Under the pieces are notes generated by a model. It had not been told where the DNA came from. It did no database searches and was given only the letters and a program-made list of their open reading frames with translations. Of a stretch of 64,000 bases of DNA, positions 49,751 to 64,000 are shown piece after piece; the first letter of the stretch is position 1, and the number at the start of each line of letters is the position of its first letter. The translations under genes and the position numbers were made by a program. The DNA comes from Trichoplax adhaerens (taxonomy: Eukaryota; Animalia; Placozoa), in the NCBI RefSeq assembly GCF_000150275.1, contig NW_002060956.1, forward strand, positions 1,362,280-1,426,279, read 5' to 3'.

Positions 49751-52700
49751 TATGGCGATATTCCTCCATTGCCTACTGGCATTGGACGTTCAAGACAGCA
49801 TGGCTGGCCACGGGATTGTATCGATCAACATCACGGATTAAATCCATAGAAAATAAATATCATGAATATCTTATCCCTTGCAATGTTGATTTATGTCAGC
49901 AGTCATCATAGTCTGTAATTGACTTCCAATCCGATCATGATTGTCTTTCCAGAATGCAATGACTACCTAGACAAGGAACAGTCATTGACTTAGACCCGCT
50001 ACCGCAATTCATCATTTTCATGGCCATCATGACAGTCCTTGCTATCAGGGTTTTCCTTTTTTTTCCTTTTTGCGAGAGGGGGCGAGGAAGAAAACTACAT
50101 CGCTTTCAAACTAGGCATACAGGCATTGAAGTGAGAGTATGTAAGACCCATGTTGAAGGGATTGTTCATCAACTCTTTTAAAAAACAATTGGCCTTGAAA
50201 TCGACTGTCTAGCGTTGACAAAGAGGAAAGTTATCCTTTGCATTGAATGGATTTGCTATGGGAAAAGGACGACAACCATCGGTATGTTGTTGATGGAGGG
50301 ATTTATCCACTAGTCTAAGCTATTTTTTTCATTATTCCATCCACTTGAACGCTGCCATCATCAATAGTCTTGATGATCGATTGATGGCCAACCCTGATGG
50401 AGAGACATGGCAAAAGAGAAGAGAAAAGGCGTCGACTACGCTGGATAAAATGCACTTTGGTAGTACAATTTCAATGACAATAATAAGTTATTCTTCTTGT
50501 CAGATTGTAATATTGTAACTGTCTTGCAGTCTCTTGTCCAAATGGCTTCATGATGGCCGAGTAGAGTAAGATCAAGAAGAACGTTGTCTTCTTGATCCAG
50601 TGTGCCATCACAATGAATCATGGCGGCCTTCCATGGCGTAAGCGTGGTTGTTTTCACCAAGACGCCAGTGGAAAATGCTCTTTTTCAACCACAAGGAAAC
50701 ATTGTCAACCCATGGATGCATCATCGATACGCAGTATGGGATTCACGATTGCATTGCTACAAGGTTAATGGCGTAGTGGATACATGTCTTTTCCCTTAAC
50801 TAAAGCCAATAGAATAAATGGCATAAACAAGTAGTTTTACCCGACAGTAACAAGACACATTTATCCCTTTCTTTCCTTGCCATCAGACGAAAGCGATTGA
50901 AATGATCAAGTTGGCCACCATAGCTTTCTCCGTGCCAACGTTGGACATCCACCAAGGTGGCATTTGGACCGAACTACAGTACATTAAATCACTTCAATAA
51001 TGACAGCAAACCAATTAATGACACTAATCATGATAGGCATATTCTCTTTTATTCAACAAGATAAAAGAATCCACCAACACTAGTCAATAGACGATCAATC
51101 TTGATCGACAACTCGCCAAATAGACTTGACTTTGCAATACGATCGGATACAAGTTATTGCAAAGAGTTGTCCATCACGCCATCTTACTTAGTAGACTGGA
51201 CATCAATCATGCAAGTTGTATTCGCTTTAAAACTACAGTAGAATACTGCTAGAAAGGACGAAATAGATTGTCGACCATTGGCGTGGAAGGAACGATCCAT
51301 CGACTAGTTGAAATTACAGACGTCTATTTCCCACTCATTGCGTAGACGTGTCTAAAATCCATCAATCGAATTATCCAAGCTTTGCTACAGTTAGAATATC
51401 CTTTGGTTGCCATCGATTGTCTTGATCGACGTAATTGCACTTGTTAATCAGAATACAGTCTATAGCGTCCACCATAGACAGCTGTGGATATCTTTTCTTT
51501 TCATGTCGACCAGAATCCAACACTCATCATGATGATGAAAGGCGCAATAGAATTATGGATAAAGTGCTTTCTTGACTTGAGAGTACAAACGAAATGAATC
51601 GATTGTCAACGCTTAATCTGATTGTAGATCAATTCTTTCTTCCATACCCAACATCCATTGCCAATCAATCAATCGAGTAATAAAAAATGAATAATTCAAG
51701 GACTTGATATTTACTACCGATCCATTTCTTCCTTGCAAATCCTCCATACTTGATACAAATGCTGGATAATTATTCTCCGACGTGTATCTTAATCTATCCT
51801 TGCAGTGCCTTTTGCACATGCAAAATGCCCTAGTATAACTTTGCATGATTCCTATGCTTTTTCCAACGACATTCCCCTCCAATATCATTCAATGCCTACA
51901 TTCTCCTTTAACTTTGACAGTATAATTGTTCTTATTTATTGTCAGTCTTGACAGTAAGGAACATGTCTACATGACGTTCAGAATATTGGATTACATGTAA
52001 TTATTCTATCATTTCTTTGATTGTTTCAATTTTTTTTCAATATTCATATTGCTTTTATTTCTATGCAAGCTTGCATTAAGGCGGATAGCCAAGAGCTGTC
52101 GGCACAGGTGTAAAAATCAATATTTTAAAGTCCTACTCAAAATAATTGGCGTCTAGACGATGAAAGGCTCCATCTACATGATCCATACGATAGGCCCTAC
52201 AAGCGTTCACAACTCAATTAACATCATCGCTATCCACTATTCTTATTTTTGTTGCTACAATTCAATGATTTAAGTGATTTACTCTTCAGTCAATCTGTCA
52301 ACAGGATGATCGATTATAGAATCGGTTGGTATCGATCTTTATGCTAATTACCTTCTGTTAAAATGGCTGCTATTGTTTCCTGCCTGCTACAATATTCCAA
52401 CAACGATCGGGCAGTGTAGGTTATCCCTAAGTTTAATGATCCATTCTATGAGAACAAAGTCTATGTTGGATTGTTGAAAGAAAACCCGCAAGGGGATTGA
52501 TGAATTCGTCTTGGTTGTTGAGAATGGATAATACTCTCTCCAGCACGACCATGCATAGGTCATGATAGACGAAAAAAAAAATGGTCGAATGTGCAGAAAG
52601 GTTGTTGGCCTTTCAGCCAGAAAATAATCGAGATCCATGTTGTATTTTATTGCTGGAGAAATACGATATCCTTGTTTTATACCTTATCCAACTCTGTCCT

Positions 52701-55700
52701 ACCAATGTCAGGGTTAATTCGCCCAATAACCCGTTTACTTTATATCGAGTAGAAAGATCAAAAATGATGCGAAAGTGTAGAACAAGGGTAGAGAACGGTT
52801 GTGGCTTAATCAAGTAGAAAACTATCGAGATACATGTTGTATTTTATTACTGGAGAAATACGATATCCTTATTTTATACCTTATCCAACTCTGTCATACC
52901 AATGTCAGGGTTAATTCGCCAAATAACCCGTTGACTTTATATCGAGTAGAAAGATCAAAAATGATGCGAAAGTGTAGAACAAGGGTAGAGAACGGTTGTG
53001 GCTTAATCAAGTAGAAAACTATCGAGATACATGTTGTATTTTATTACTGGAGAAATACGATATCCTTGTTTTATACCTTATCCAATTCTGTCGTACCAAT
53101 GTCAGGGTTAATTCGCCAAATAACCCGTTGACTTTATATCGAGTAGAAAGATCAAAAATGGTGCGAAAGTGTAGAACAAGGGTGGCTTATTAACTTAAAG
53201 GTAGAGAACGGTTATAGCTTACTCAAGGAGAAAACGATCGAGATCTGAATTGTATTGGATTGCTGCAGAAATGCGATATCCTGTTTATACCTTGTCCAGT
53301 GCTGTCATGCTTAGGTCAGGGTTAATGTCATGTAGAAAGATTTAAAAATGCTGCTCAAGTGTAGAAGAAGGGTAAGGGTAAAGAACGCTTGTCCCTTTCT
53401 GATCAAGGGGAAAACTATCGAGATCCATGTTTTATTTTATTGCTGGAGAATTGAGAATACCAGTACGGTAGCAAAATCAATATCCTATCGTCTATAGCAA
53501 ATATATACTTCATACTATATAGTCAAGAATCAATTATGATGCCCACATTGGTTTGTCTCGCCATATGTTTTTACTTTTATATCAAGATCCAAGTAGAAAA
53601 AACTCTTTTGTCGGCAAGTTAAACCATTCAAATTGACTAGTAGACGAATATCAGTCTTGAGAAACCATGATAATATTTATACTATCCTATTGGAGGTGGG
53701 ATACATGTACAAAAAATAGATGATTACTCTTTAACGCTAGCCATAACTGCATTCCATGTAGTCATCATCCTATTCTATGGAGTTCTTCATTGCGTATCTT
53801 GGCCATGATGAGAGAATTGCTATAGTAGTCGGAATGGATTAGTCCAAAAAAATGATTGCTTCTAGAAGGGTATACAGTATAATTATTCTTGACTGTAATA
53901 CTACCATAAAATAGTCCAAATCACGTCTAAAATATCTTCCAATTGGGTAAGAAAAAGAATTGCAAATCTCTTTTTGGCCTTTGGACATTTTGATATCCTG
54001 CGCATTTCACCGAGGCTAATGTTAACACGTATGTTAGCATAAGCAAATCAATCCAATGGCGGCAGTAGACATGTCTAAGTTAAAGAATGAAAATATTGAG
54101 AAATGATGATTTTAAAATAGAGTTGGCGTAAAAAGGCCGGTTGCAATCCATAACTAGAGCTAATTTTCCCGATATAGTCTGTCTATTGCTACCGGCTTGA
54201 TCCAATTGTACAATATTGGAATAGATGAGCCTTACTAGCAAAATTGGTGGGTATCAAAACATTTTCAATCACTTGAATTCCTTGTATTGGATTGTAATCA
54301 GATCCAAGAATGAAGTTTAAACAGTTTCTTCTACCTCATTCTAATAATGACTAATCGAAAGCAATTTTACTTCAGTAGACCATCAATTTTCCTCATTAGA
54401 ATGAATCTCCTGTTCCTCTACAATTGTCGTGTAGCAACACTACAGTTTACACTAGAAAAGTTTTTCTACTTTCCACTTCTCTATGATAGACTCAAACCTA
54501 CAACAACACTAGCATAAAGGATAACGATGGTGGCATTACTAGCTAAGGACTATTTTTCTAGGACATCAATTGATAGAGTATTAGACAACGTTAACTGATT
54601 TTTTTTTTTCATTGCCTATATAACTGGCATTCGAGTTATGTATGTGGCAATGCCAAGGTACACCATGACTACAATATACTGTAAAATTGAAGGTCGAAAA
54701 TAAAATAATTAATTACCCATCGGGAAATATCCATTGGATACGACAATCATGTTGGGTTATGCTCTACTATTACGGACAGTATCGATGAATGATCGAGTTC
54801 ATTTTTGCCACTGCTTTACTTTACTATATACAGTAATGAATATATTCCAACAGCATCTTTGACAGTTTCGAGATACGCCAACACTGGTGCAATAATTAAT
54901 CGACTGTCATGATTAACAACGATCAAGACAAACGCTTATGGAATAGTATTACTGTAGAAGGGCATGGGCTATAAAATGGATCATCATTTTACGTTAGAAA
55001 AATTGGAAATGAAGCCTTTGCAAACGGTAAACCATGGCTACGAGTGATCCAATTCTTGTACTCTAGTCGCAGAATGAATCAATTGTAACAAGAGGATAAA
55101 AAATATCGATTATTCCTCCACATATGAATTCAAATAACGCATTGGAAGAGTATCGAAAAACGGCTACTATGTTAACAACTTTTCGGCACGCTTGTCCATA
55201 TTGTACAGCACTAATTTCACGGAGCCAAATTAAAATGTCTGCTATTGGCATGAAAAGGTGGCGTAATTTCTCTGTTATGGATAGAAACCCCAATTTCAAA
55301 TTGCCACCTTCAATCAAGAAAACTACTATACAGTATATACAGTAGTTTAGTACCATTACATTGCATTTTACTTTCCCATTTCTTTCTCTCTCTGTCGTCT
55401 ATTTATTATCTTTCTCTGTCATAAAATAATCAACCACACAGTAGCTTATAACATGCTTATAATAGTCAATACTCAGTAGTACAATGTAAGAGTAAGATAG
55501 GAAGATTTTTGATTCAATAGCGGTTTCCATCGACTATCCAAGTCGACTTATTCAATAATAAAATCTGTCATGAAATTTTTTCCCCTCAATTCCCTGCCAC
55601 CGCAATGGCCTTCATCTAGACATACCACTAACACCTTCATAATCAACGTATTTGCTGCTAGCGAGCGATAGGATGACCAAATCATCTGTATTGACAATTT

Positions 55701-58700
55701 ACTTTCCGTTGTCCTTCAATTGATTTTTACAATTAGGTGATGAAGATATTGGAGATCTACTGTGGTCTATCAGCTCTATTACTGGAGATTTTTATACAAA
55801 TTTTATTGCATAAAGCGATAAATAGCGCTTGTTGACTATGTTACGGCATGAGATACTGTTTTATCCTTGACGATAAATTAATGTTGGAGTAGTTGGTGTG
55901 ATTAGTGAAATAAGTATCTAGGATATGGAAAGCAAGCCAGCTAGGTATGCTAATACAGGTATGGCAATTCGTCATACCAGTCAATAGGATGTCAGAAAAG
56001 ATATCAAGCCAGTTGGATAGGCTAGTACAGTCAATTCTAGTGATTGGTAAAAAGAGTTAATAGGGTATCAGAAAAGATATTCAACTGGCTAGATCGATTA
56101 ATATAATTTTGGTGATGAGTTATGCAAGAGCGTTAAAAGAGATGTCAAGCTGGCTAGGTATGCTAATCCAGTTCTGGGTGATGGTCATGAATTAGTTTAA
56201 CCCATGATAAATGTCGGGAAAGATATCAAGCTGCCTAGGTAGGATAGCACAAATTCTGGGTAATTGTAGTTGATCGAGTAAATAGGATATCGGAAATGAT
56301 GTTAAGCTACCTAGGCCATGTTAGTACATATTTTTCCAACATCCTATTGACTCGTATAGTAGATTAGTGAATACTGTAGGAGTCTCAATAGGATGTTGGA
56401 AAAATATCAAGCGAGTACAATTTGAGGATTGGTAATAGGAATGATAGCTGTCGGGTAAAAAAATATCAAACTGGTTAGGTACTCCATGATACTTTGACAT
56501 TCTACACACAGTATGTGATGATCATTACAAGTAGACGGGTAGTATTTTCTTCTACGCGTAACTACGCTTAGATAGAATAAATTTTCATGTGGCAATACAA
56601 AACCAAACCGAGTTTTAAAAGTTGCATTTTATTATTGACCGTGAATTGCTATTACAGTAAATACAGTCACAGTAGACGTATACAGAAGGTAAATAAAGTC
56701 TGTTGTTTCCCAAGTTCTTCTAACCCTCCAAAGAAATCATTACAATCGGCTATTCATCGGCTGATTAGAAAATGCAATTTTTTTTTCTTCAATATTAAAC
56801 GATATATGAATAAATCGACTGTAGAATAGATTACGGTATATCTTGATATAGGAAGATAACCGTTAAGTTGATAAATGGACTTGAAATTTATCATCCGTTC
56901 AAAAACAATAATTATTTTAACAATTTTCTCTCTTCATTCTTTCTTCTTCCAAAATCAATAGCAACAATTTGTAAAGTTCACTCATTTTGATTGCTTTCAA
57001 TTTGACCTATAGAGTGTGTTATACCAATACACGGAAGGAACATTTAATCCCAAATTTATATCAACAGTGGGTATTGATTTCCACGAGAAACGTTTGGTAA
57101 GTAAAAATATGATTTAAACACCTATGAATTCTTCTAGCTAGAATATTTTTCTAGCTATCATTGGCTTTAGAGAGTTTTTGATGTACATTTTTTTGGGGTA
57201 TGTAAAGAATAATTGTTTAATTGAATAAATTAAAAGTGATATAGGATTTCAATAAATCGATGATAATACTATAATATGATAGAGTAACAATGATTGCCTC
57301 AATTTTATTTATTTATTATTTTATGGAAATAGAATAATCATAATGTATATAAATATTATTTATCATCTCTGTAACCATAATATTGCTTTCGGCCGTAACG
57401 AGATGAGAAATGAATATTACTTTTTTGCGCTGATCATCATTATACCATAGCTAAATACTATAGGAGACATGATATTGAATGATGGATTCTGCTACTACAG
57501 ATAGTATTAAATGTCTTATCTTGTACGTTCAAACAATTGCAATAATTGAATGGAAATCTTAACCTATTTTTTTTACCTTTACAATTTAAAATACAGAATA
57601 GATGCAATGGGATAAAATCGAGATTATAAATACTGGATAATTAATTACGTTATCTTATATTTAGGAATCTACAATTGATTAGTCAGACACCTTTTACTAT
57701 TTATGATCATCAATCATTTATACACTATACTTTTAAATATTAAGCCAAAGTACCACCGAGTAGAATAGAGATTCTATAAACATACTGTAATGGCTGTTCG
57801 TCAAACGTCAGATACATCTAGATAGATACCTGTCTTTCTAATATACGTGTAAAATTTGACTTTATAAGCTCTGAAATGGTATATCTTATAGCACTAGATA
57901 GCATTTATGCTTGCTAGTAGGCATGACGTTATATTAGCACATCTATAATCTTACTGCAAGTGTGCATTACTTTACGTAGTATAAAAACACATATGTAAAA
58001 ATTGTAGAAATTTTAAAATTTTTTGGTAACTACTACACGGTAATAACTTATTTACAGTCAGATCTACAGTACTATTGTTTTACGCCACGTTCAATACATA
58101 ACGGTCTTTGATCAAAATTATCCCTGTATGCCAGCTTAAAAATGATCTTGTATACATTCGTTTTTTATGTATTAAAGTCTAAAATTATATTTCTGTTATC
58201 AATTTTAATTAGGTTTACAGACCTCAGGGCGGTACCGGAAGAGGTCAACGTGTGCATTTACAATTATGGGATACTGCAGGACAAGAAAGGTATGCTGTAT
58301 TAATTTAGTAAATGTCAAGTATATAGAATTCGTATTCAGGATCTTTATAGACATACTTTGGTAATTTCTAATAATTCCTTCATTGAATGTATAAAAGTGT
58401 AATAATGTATGTATGTCATAACCCACCTTTTGACTATGCTAAACACGAATTATTACGATCTTTTCAATAATATCTATTAATCTTTATATGTTTCATCCTT
58501 TTTTTGCAACAGTTTCATCATTTCATATTTCGTAGTTATCATTTTATAAACGTGTAGCAATTTGTATGTAGTAGATAAATCGAATTTTTACCTGTAAGAT
58601 GCTATCACAGCTCTTCAAAAAGCATCCTGTAAACAGTTATATATTAATTTGCTTTTTAGGGATCGAGTTAATACTAGTACAATTATTTAATATTTAAGCT

Positions 58701-59597
58701 GCATGTCGTCACTAACCAAGATAGATAAATTGGCTCTCTGTGAATAGCCTTGTATATTGTATAATCCATATTGTAATAGATTGTACTCTTATTTAAAAAT
58801 ATCAGTAAACATAAGCCATAGTAACAGAGCAATATAAGCGTTTATCTTTAAGAAACCTATAAAGTAAATAATCATAACACTTGCTGCAGAAATTGATAAG
58901 ACTTGTTTTTGATTTCATTTCAAATTTACTCTCAGAAAGCAATATATTAATTATCGTACTTTCTTTGTGTAACTAATTTCATATCTAAGCTAAAGCTTGA
59001 ATGTACATAGGTATACTGTAGTAGTAGCGTGGATACAGAAATGCAAACGTTTATTACGCGCTTAGCTATCATTGCTTAATTACTTGCTGATTTTGCTGGA
59101 GCTATTCAATTTATTTATATTGATTTTTATGCCTTTTTTTTGTGTACAGATTTCGCAGCTTAACAACGGCCTTTTTCCATGATGCCATGGGATTTTTGTT
59201 AGTATTCGATTTAACTAATCGCCAGTCCTTTCGTAACATTCAAGACTGGATATCTCAGCTGCAAACTCATGCATATTGCGAAAATCCAGAAGTAGTGCTT
59301 ATAGGAAATAAAATAGATTTAGCAGAATCTCGAGAGATTGCTGAAGATGAAGGTAAAAAGTTAGCTCGAGACTTGGGAAATGTGGAATATTTTGAGACAA
59401 GCGCTGCTAATGGTATTAACATCGATAAAGCTGTTGATTGTTTACTTCATAAAGTCATGAAAAGAATGGAGACGACTCTAGATAAGTCTAGTCTACCTGT
59501 GGTACCAGGCAAACGACCTGAGGACGTCAGGACACTTGATCACCAACAAGTAGATGCAATTGAAAATGATCATTCTTCTTCATGTAAGGCTTGCTAA
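49546..59597 (+). CDS. RAB27: Rab27 small GTPase, 4 exons, 227 aa
   Basis: Exons 49546-49620 ([18 protein letters not shown]), 57013-57096 ([26 protein letters not shown]), 58213-58289 ([18 protein letters not shown]) and 59150-59597 ([34 protein letters not shown]-terminal CKAC). These are Rab27-diagnostic motifs. Confidence 0.95.
52610..53460. repeat. 197-bp tandem repeat in Rab27 intron 1: 3 near-identical copies plus degenerate copies
   Basis: gagat.catgttgtattttatt.ctggagaaatacgatatcc at 52630, 52827 and 53024; diverged copies at ~53240 and ~53420. Confidence 0.92.
55900..56490. repeat. Old, degenerate ~70-85 bp tandem repeat in Rab27 intron 1
   Basis: Recurring ggatgtcagaaaagatatcaagc..gctaggt..gcta-like motif near 55920, 55987, 56063, 56140, 56210, 56285, 56390 and 56450. 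Confidence 0.6.
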
Positions 59598-62505
59598 CCG
59601 CCTTGTTTTCACATGTTTTATTAGTCCTATATCCTATTTTCACATATTATCCTTTCAGTTTGTTATCACTATTATGTTAACTTGATACTATATACATACC
59701 AACCGTATTATTCAAATTACTTATTATTTAAGTGATAACTGATACCATCAAATTTTTTGAATTATCGAATATCATAGCATATGGACTAGAGAGCGAATCT
59801 TTTAGATTCGTAGCTTTATCGAGTATAATTTGTCATAGTTATAAATTGGTTAATAATCAATTAATAGTAAAATCAGAAGAATATTCGTGTTATAATGTGC
59901 TTTTACTTAGTTTTATAGGCATTACTATCTGTTTCTCTCTCTCTCTCTATATATATATATATCTGCCTACATATATATATTTACGTATATATTATATACA
60001 TACCGTATGTGCATGATGTATGATATTATTGTTATACTAATATTACTACATCAACGCGTCCATCATGACGATTTCTGATTGCCCGTACTATAATAATAAG
60101 GCTTCTAAATACGTGTATTTACCATGCGAGTATAGTTTCGTAAGTAGACTACATAGCAAATTCCTTCGTAACAGCCCTACTGTCCAATAGGTGATTTTGT
60201 TAGCAATCTAACCTGTTCTAACTTAACCAAGATAGTTATAAAGTAATGATATCGATAGCATGCTTTGCTTAAAATTTGCTATGTAGTGAGTGCAACATTC
60301 TTCTGGCTATCATTTAAGATTAGGTTAAAATTTCTTTTATTGAAGCCTTTGCTATAATGTAGTATGAACCTTAATACAACGATCTGATTAGTCATATTCA
60401 TTATTGCTATATTATTTCTTGAAAATTTGTTATAATTAGGGTCATGTAAGTTAAATATTGTTTCAAATATGGCTGAAAATTTGCTATTTAATATTATTTA
60501 TCGTAAAATTTTGCAAATAACGCAATCGTAACGAAGTTGTTTGCGGCTGTCAACTATTTATATTATTGCACAATCTGTTGAAATTGCTACTAAACTGTTC
60601 ATGGATGGTGATAAAGTTATAGATTCTCCAATCTGTACTTTATATCTTGTGAGCTATCAGTGCAACGTGCTAATTTTACCTGATCAATTCGCATCATCAA
60701 ATTTGGAAACATCTTAATATAAATTGCGGTCACACATAATTATCTTTGGAAAATCATTTTGCTATTCTAGATAGAGTAGGATCCTAAAATTTGAACTGAT
60801 CTACAATATTTATTTTGGTATTATTCGTGGCCACCCCAAGAAAATCTTCAATGCAAATGCTTTTTCCGCAACAGCCAAGTTATTGTCATATTTATGATGA
60901 GATAAAAATATATATTCAGTGCATCTAGCCATGGCAGTTTATAATTCTTTACCAAGACTTGCTTTCTAAACTGCTAAGCGTTTAGGGTTACGCTTATAAT
61001 CATAATAGTTATAGCAGATCGATGCATCTGTATCGAATAAAATTGCACCTTAACCATTGATATAAAACAAATTATTGTGTGCGTTGTGCTGTTTTTGTGT
61101 ATTTATTGAAGTTACTTCAGTCGAAAGCTAATTCATTAGCATTATAGATTTCACATGATGCGATCCGCTTACTTAGTTGAATAGTGAAACAAAATTCCAT
61201 AATGTAATTTAAAGATTGAGCTAGCCATTCTAAAATTTATGGAATACCGAAGGTTTTCCATTCAGAATTTCGAGACAGCAGCTTTGCTTTTACTTTAAAT
61301 ATATAATTTAATGCCTACTTCAGCTTCTTCATTAGTTATCAAGTATGAACTGACAAATTCATCTACTTGAACAGCGGCCTACCGCAAAGTTAGATATGCG
61401 ACCTATATACCCATAACTTTCCAATCGTGAGGGTTTATTACGATTGCAGCACCGCTAAATGATGATTATAATCATACGTGTTAACACTCTAAAGTTATAA
61501 ATAACGTAATACCGTGAGATCATTAAATGCATTATTAAGAATATAAATACTACCATGCTAGTATATCAGCGTGTTATAATCACAGCTAAATTAATAGATA
61601 CGTCGTACAGTACTATAACTATTTGTTCATTACCAAAAATAATAATCTTCAAACATTATTAACGAAATAATCCTTATTCTACTACGTGCTAATATTGTGC
61701 AGTCAATTACTATCATACTTTAAATCGTATCTATGGTTCCGGGAAATAACAACTGCCTACTGCAGTATTTCTCTGGAGTTAGAGAAATTTTATCATACAT
61801 TTTCTAGCTGTTCAAATTATAAAACAATGATATCAAATCAATTTCATATACACTAGTATTTCAACTTGCGCTCTGTCTATCCGCTAGTATACAATTTTTG
61901 ATTCAAATATTACAACTACGTAAAATCCATTCAAGTGAAACGTACATACATACTTGTAGTACAGTACTGTGGCTTTTCACTACAGTAGTAACAGCGATTC
62001 AAATTTAACGAAAGCAAGGCACAAATAATTTTTCATATAAGATATTATTAATAGTGGTAGTAAAATTCTATAATGAAATATCCATTATTGTCTCTAAATG
62101 GTGAGAATTGCTTTACCAAAGCCACAATCAAATTAACTTTTAGTCACAAGTATAACATCAGCCTAGTCCAAGTTAACAGAGCCATAATAAATCTTAGATA
62201 ATTATTAGGACAATAATATCCAATATCCAGAATTATTGCGTTTGTTGCAATAATAAAATATTTACTTTAAAACGTCATAGTAATCGAGAATAAAATCAGC
62301 AAGAAGGATAAGGATGAGTGACCGGCGAAAAAAAAGTCTGAGTAAAAATTTGATCGCGTATGGTTTACCAACTATACCGTCAAATTTATCAAGCAAATCT
62401 CTAAAATTGCCTTTGGTAAGATAAGAATAAAGCAATCGACAATTTACACTAAAACAATACAGAAATACATAATATTAGTTGTGATAGCTTCAAGATAATT
62501 TCAAC

Positions 62506-63793
62506 TTAGGCGGAATTTTCAATGAATCGGGATGCCACTTCTTTGACTTGTCGATATAGATTGTCAGCTTTCATCATAATTTCTTCGTTGGCTTTATATC
62601 TTCTTAACTGAGTATAGTTTTATTGAAGACCAGATTTAGAAACACATTACATACAATAGAAAGTAAAGTAAACTAGGCTTGCTACCTTTTTAATTGTTAA
62701 TATTAGGTCTTTATTTTTTACGATCGCCTCGGCAGATAAATTGGTCACTTCAATATCGTTTAGAATGCTTATACAGCGATTAATGTCCTATAATTAATTA
62801 TATAACCACATTGGAACAATTCAAAAAATTTTGACAAAAAGATTTCTAGTTTATTTATCATTTTTGCACGATCTTGAGCCACTAAAAATACCAATCCTAA
62901 AATAATTATCAAGAATCACTTGTTTATATAGTAAGATATACCGGTGAATCAACTCTCATCGATTCTCTTAGCGATAGAGATAGTCTCTTCAAATGTGAGT
63001 CAGCTGTTATTGATGTAGGAACTTCCTTAGTCTGAGGTACTGACTTATCGGAATCAAGTGTAGATTTCATATCAGCTTTGGCTCGAGTCATTTCATTACG
63101 AGGCTCATTACTCTCAGAATCACGTTCTTTACTTTCATCTATAGTACAATAATTGAAAGAATTGTATGATTTTAATTTAATCGATAAGCCGATAGATTTT
63201 ATTCATTTAGCAACTAATATAGATAACCTTTTATCTGTTTCTTTCCTTCCATTTTGCGCGCTAGTAATTCTTTCTTCTTTCGTTCTTTAAGGGCTTGTTT
63301 TCGCTTTTCCTTTTCAGCTTCCTTTTTAGCTCTGATATTGAGCGTTGTGTTACGTATTAATACTTGGTATTATAAATCCATGCAAAATTTTACACAGAAT
63401 GAAATAAAACTCTATATATTGTCGATATATCATTTGGTACTTACATTTTTTGCTGAAGCTTTTCAGCCTTACGCTTTTCTTTTTCTACTTTCTTTTGCCC
63501 TTCATCTATCCATCAATATTAGTAATTTAAATTGTTTTAATCAATATCTACAACTAAAGGTTATTCCAATCTTAATAGCTTCGATAACTAATACTTGCAC
63601 CATGCATTAACGTACAAGAACTGTAATATTTTCTTACTTTTATCGTCTTCTTTTCCATTGGTGTGGCCGCTATTATCCGTTACAACACTAGCTGTGCCAG
63701 TACCTATCGAAATTTTGAGTTTTATACCCGCGGTTGCTGACTGACTATTCTTCTTACTCTTTTTTTCACTATCTTCTTTTATAGAACGTTTTA
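62506..63793 (-). CDS. 3' portion of a LEDGF/PSIP1-HDGFL2 family protein (integrase-binding/LEDGF domain); 5' part lies beyond the window
   Basis: Exons ~63793-63639, ~63505-63445, ~63331-63228, 63138-62942, 62787-62686 and 62607-62506. A K/E-rich region is followed by DSHLKRLSLSLRESMRVDSP-DINRCISILNDI...LILTIKK-LRRYKANEEIMMKADNLY, matching the LEDGF IBD pattern (DVNRCI.ALD...TLKKIRRFK....IMEK...LY). Confidence 0.88.
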
Positions 63794-64000
63794 CTGTATA
63801 AATGAAGAAAGTCAGACTTTAATCGATTAAATCTTTAAAAGTAGCCGGTACACATAGCAGAAGAGATATTCTATGAGCGCATCCAAACGTTCGATGATCT
63901 AGCGAGTTGTTTACGTTTTGAAATACAACGACTACGTAGATTTTATAATAGTTAACTGCTACTTCTTTCCAAGTAAAATATAACTTTATCTCATTAAAAG

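Noticed and set aside
52581-53193. Three similar ~70-aa ORFs
   Set aside because: They are translations of the 197-bp intronic tandem repeat. The unit length is not a multiple of three and there is no splice support.

Overview
AT-rich, intron-dense eukaryotic (animal) genomic DNA. Short GT-AG introns and the gene content suggest an early-branching metazoan such as a placozoan; this is inference. Four genes could be assembled by hand from splice sites and translation. (1) An EXTL3 ortholog on the minus strand, 5 coding exons, 3712-7179. (2) A ~30 kb, ~69-exon plus-strand receptor gene, 16522-46392, ~4,300 aa: signal peptide, IgGFc-binding-like domain, 10 Ig, 5 FN3, 5 Ig, 5 FN3, Ig, HRM, GAIN/GPS and an adhesion-class 7TM. 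Its reading frame can be continued through phase-compatible exons into two tandem, catalytically dead protein-tyrosine-phosphatase domains laid out like a receptor PTP D1-D2 pair. (3) Rab27, 4 exons, 49546-59597. (4) The 3' part of a LEDGF/HDGFL2-family gene on the minus strand, running off the right edge. The main finding is the apparent adhesion-GPCR / tandem pseudo-PTP chimeric receptor; the fusion is inferred from splice phases and needs transcript confirmation. The window also holds several tandem arrays, many intronic duplications, and a TACAGTAC-type motif cluster near gene 5' ends. All exon coordinates are manual calls.
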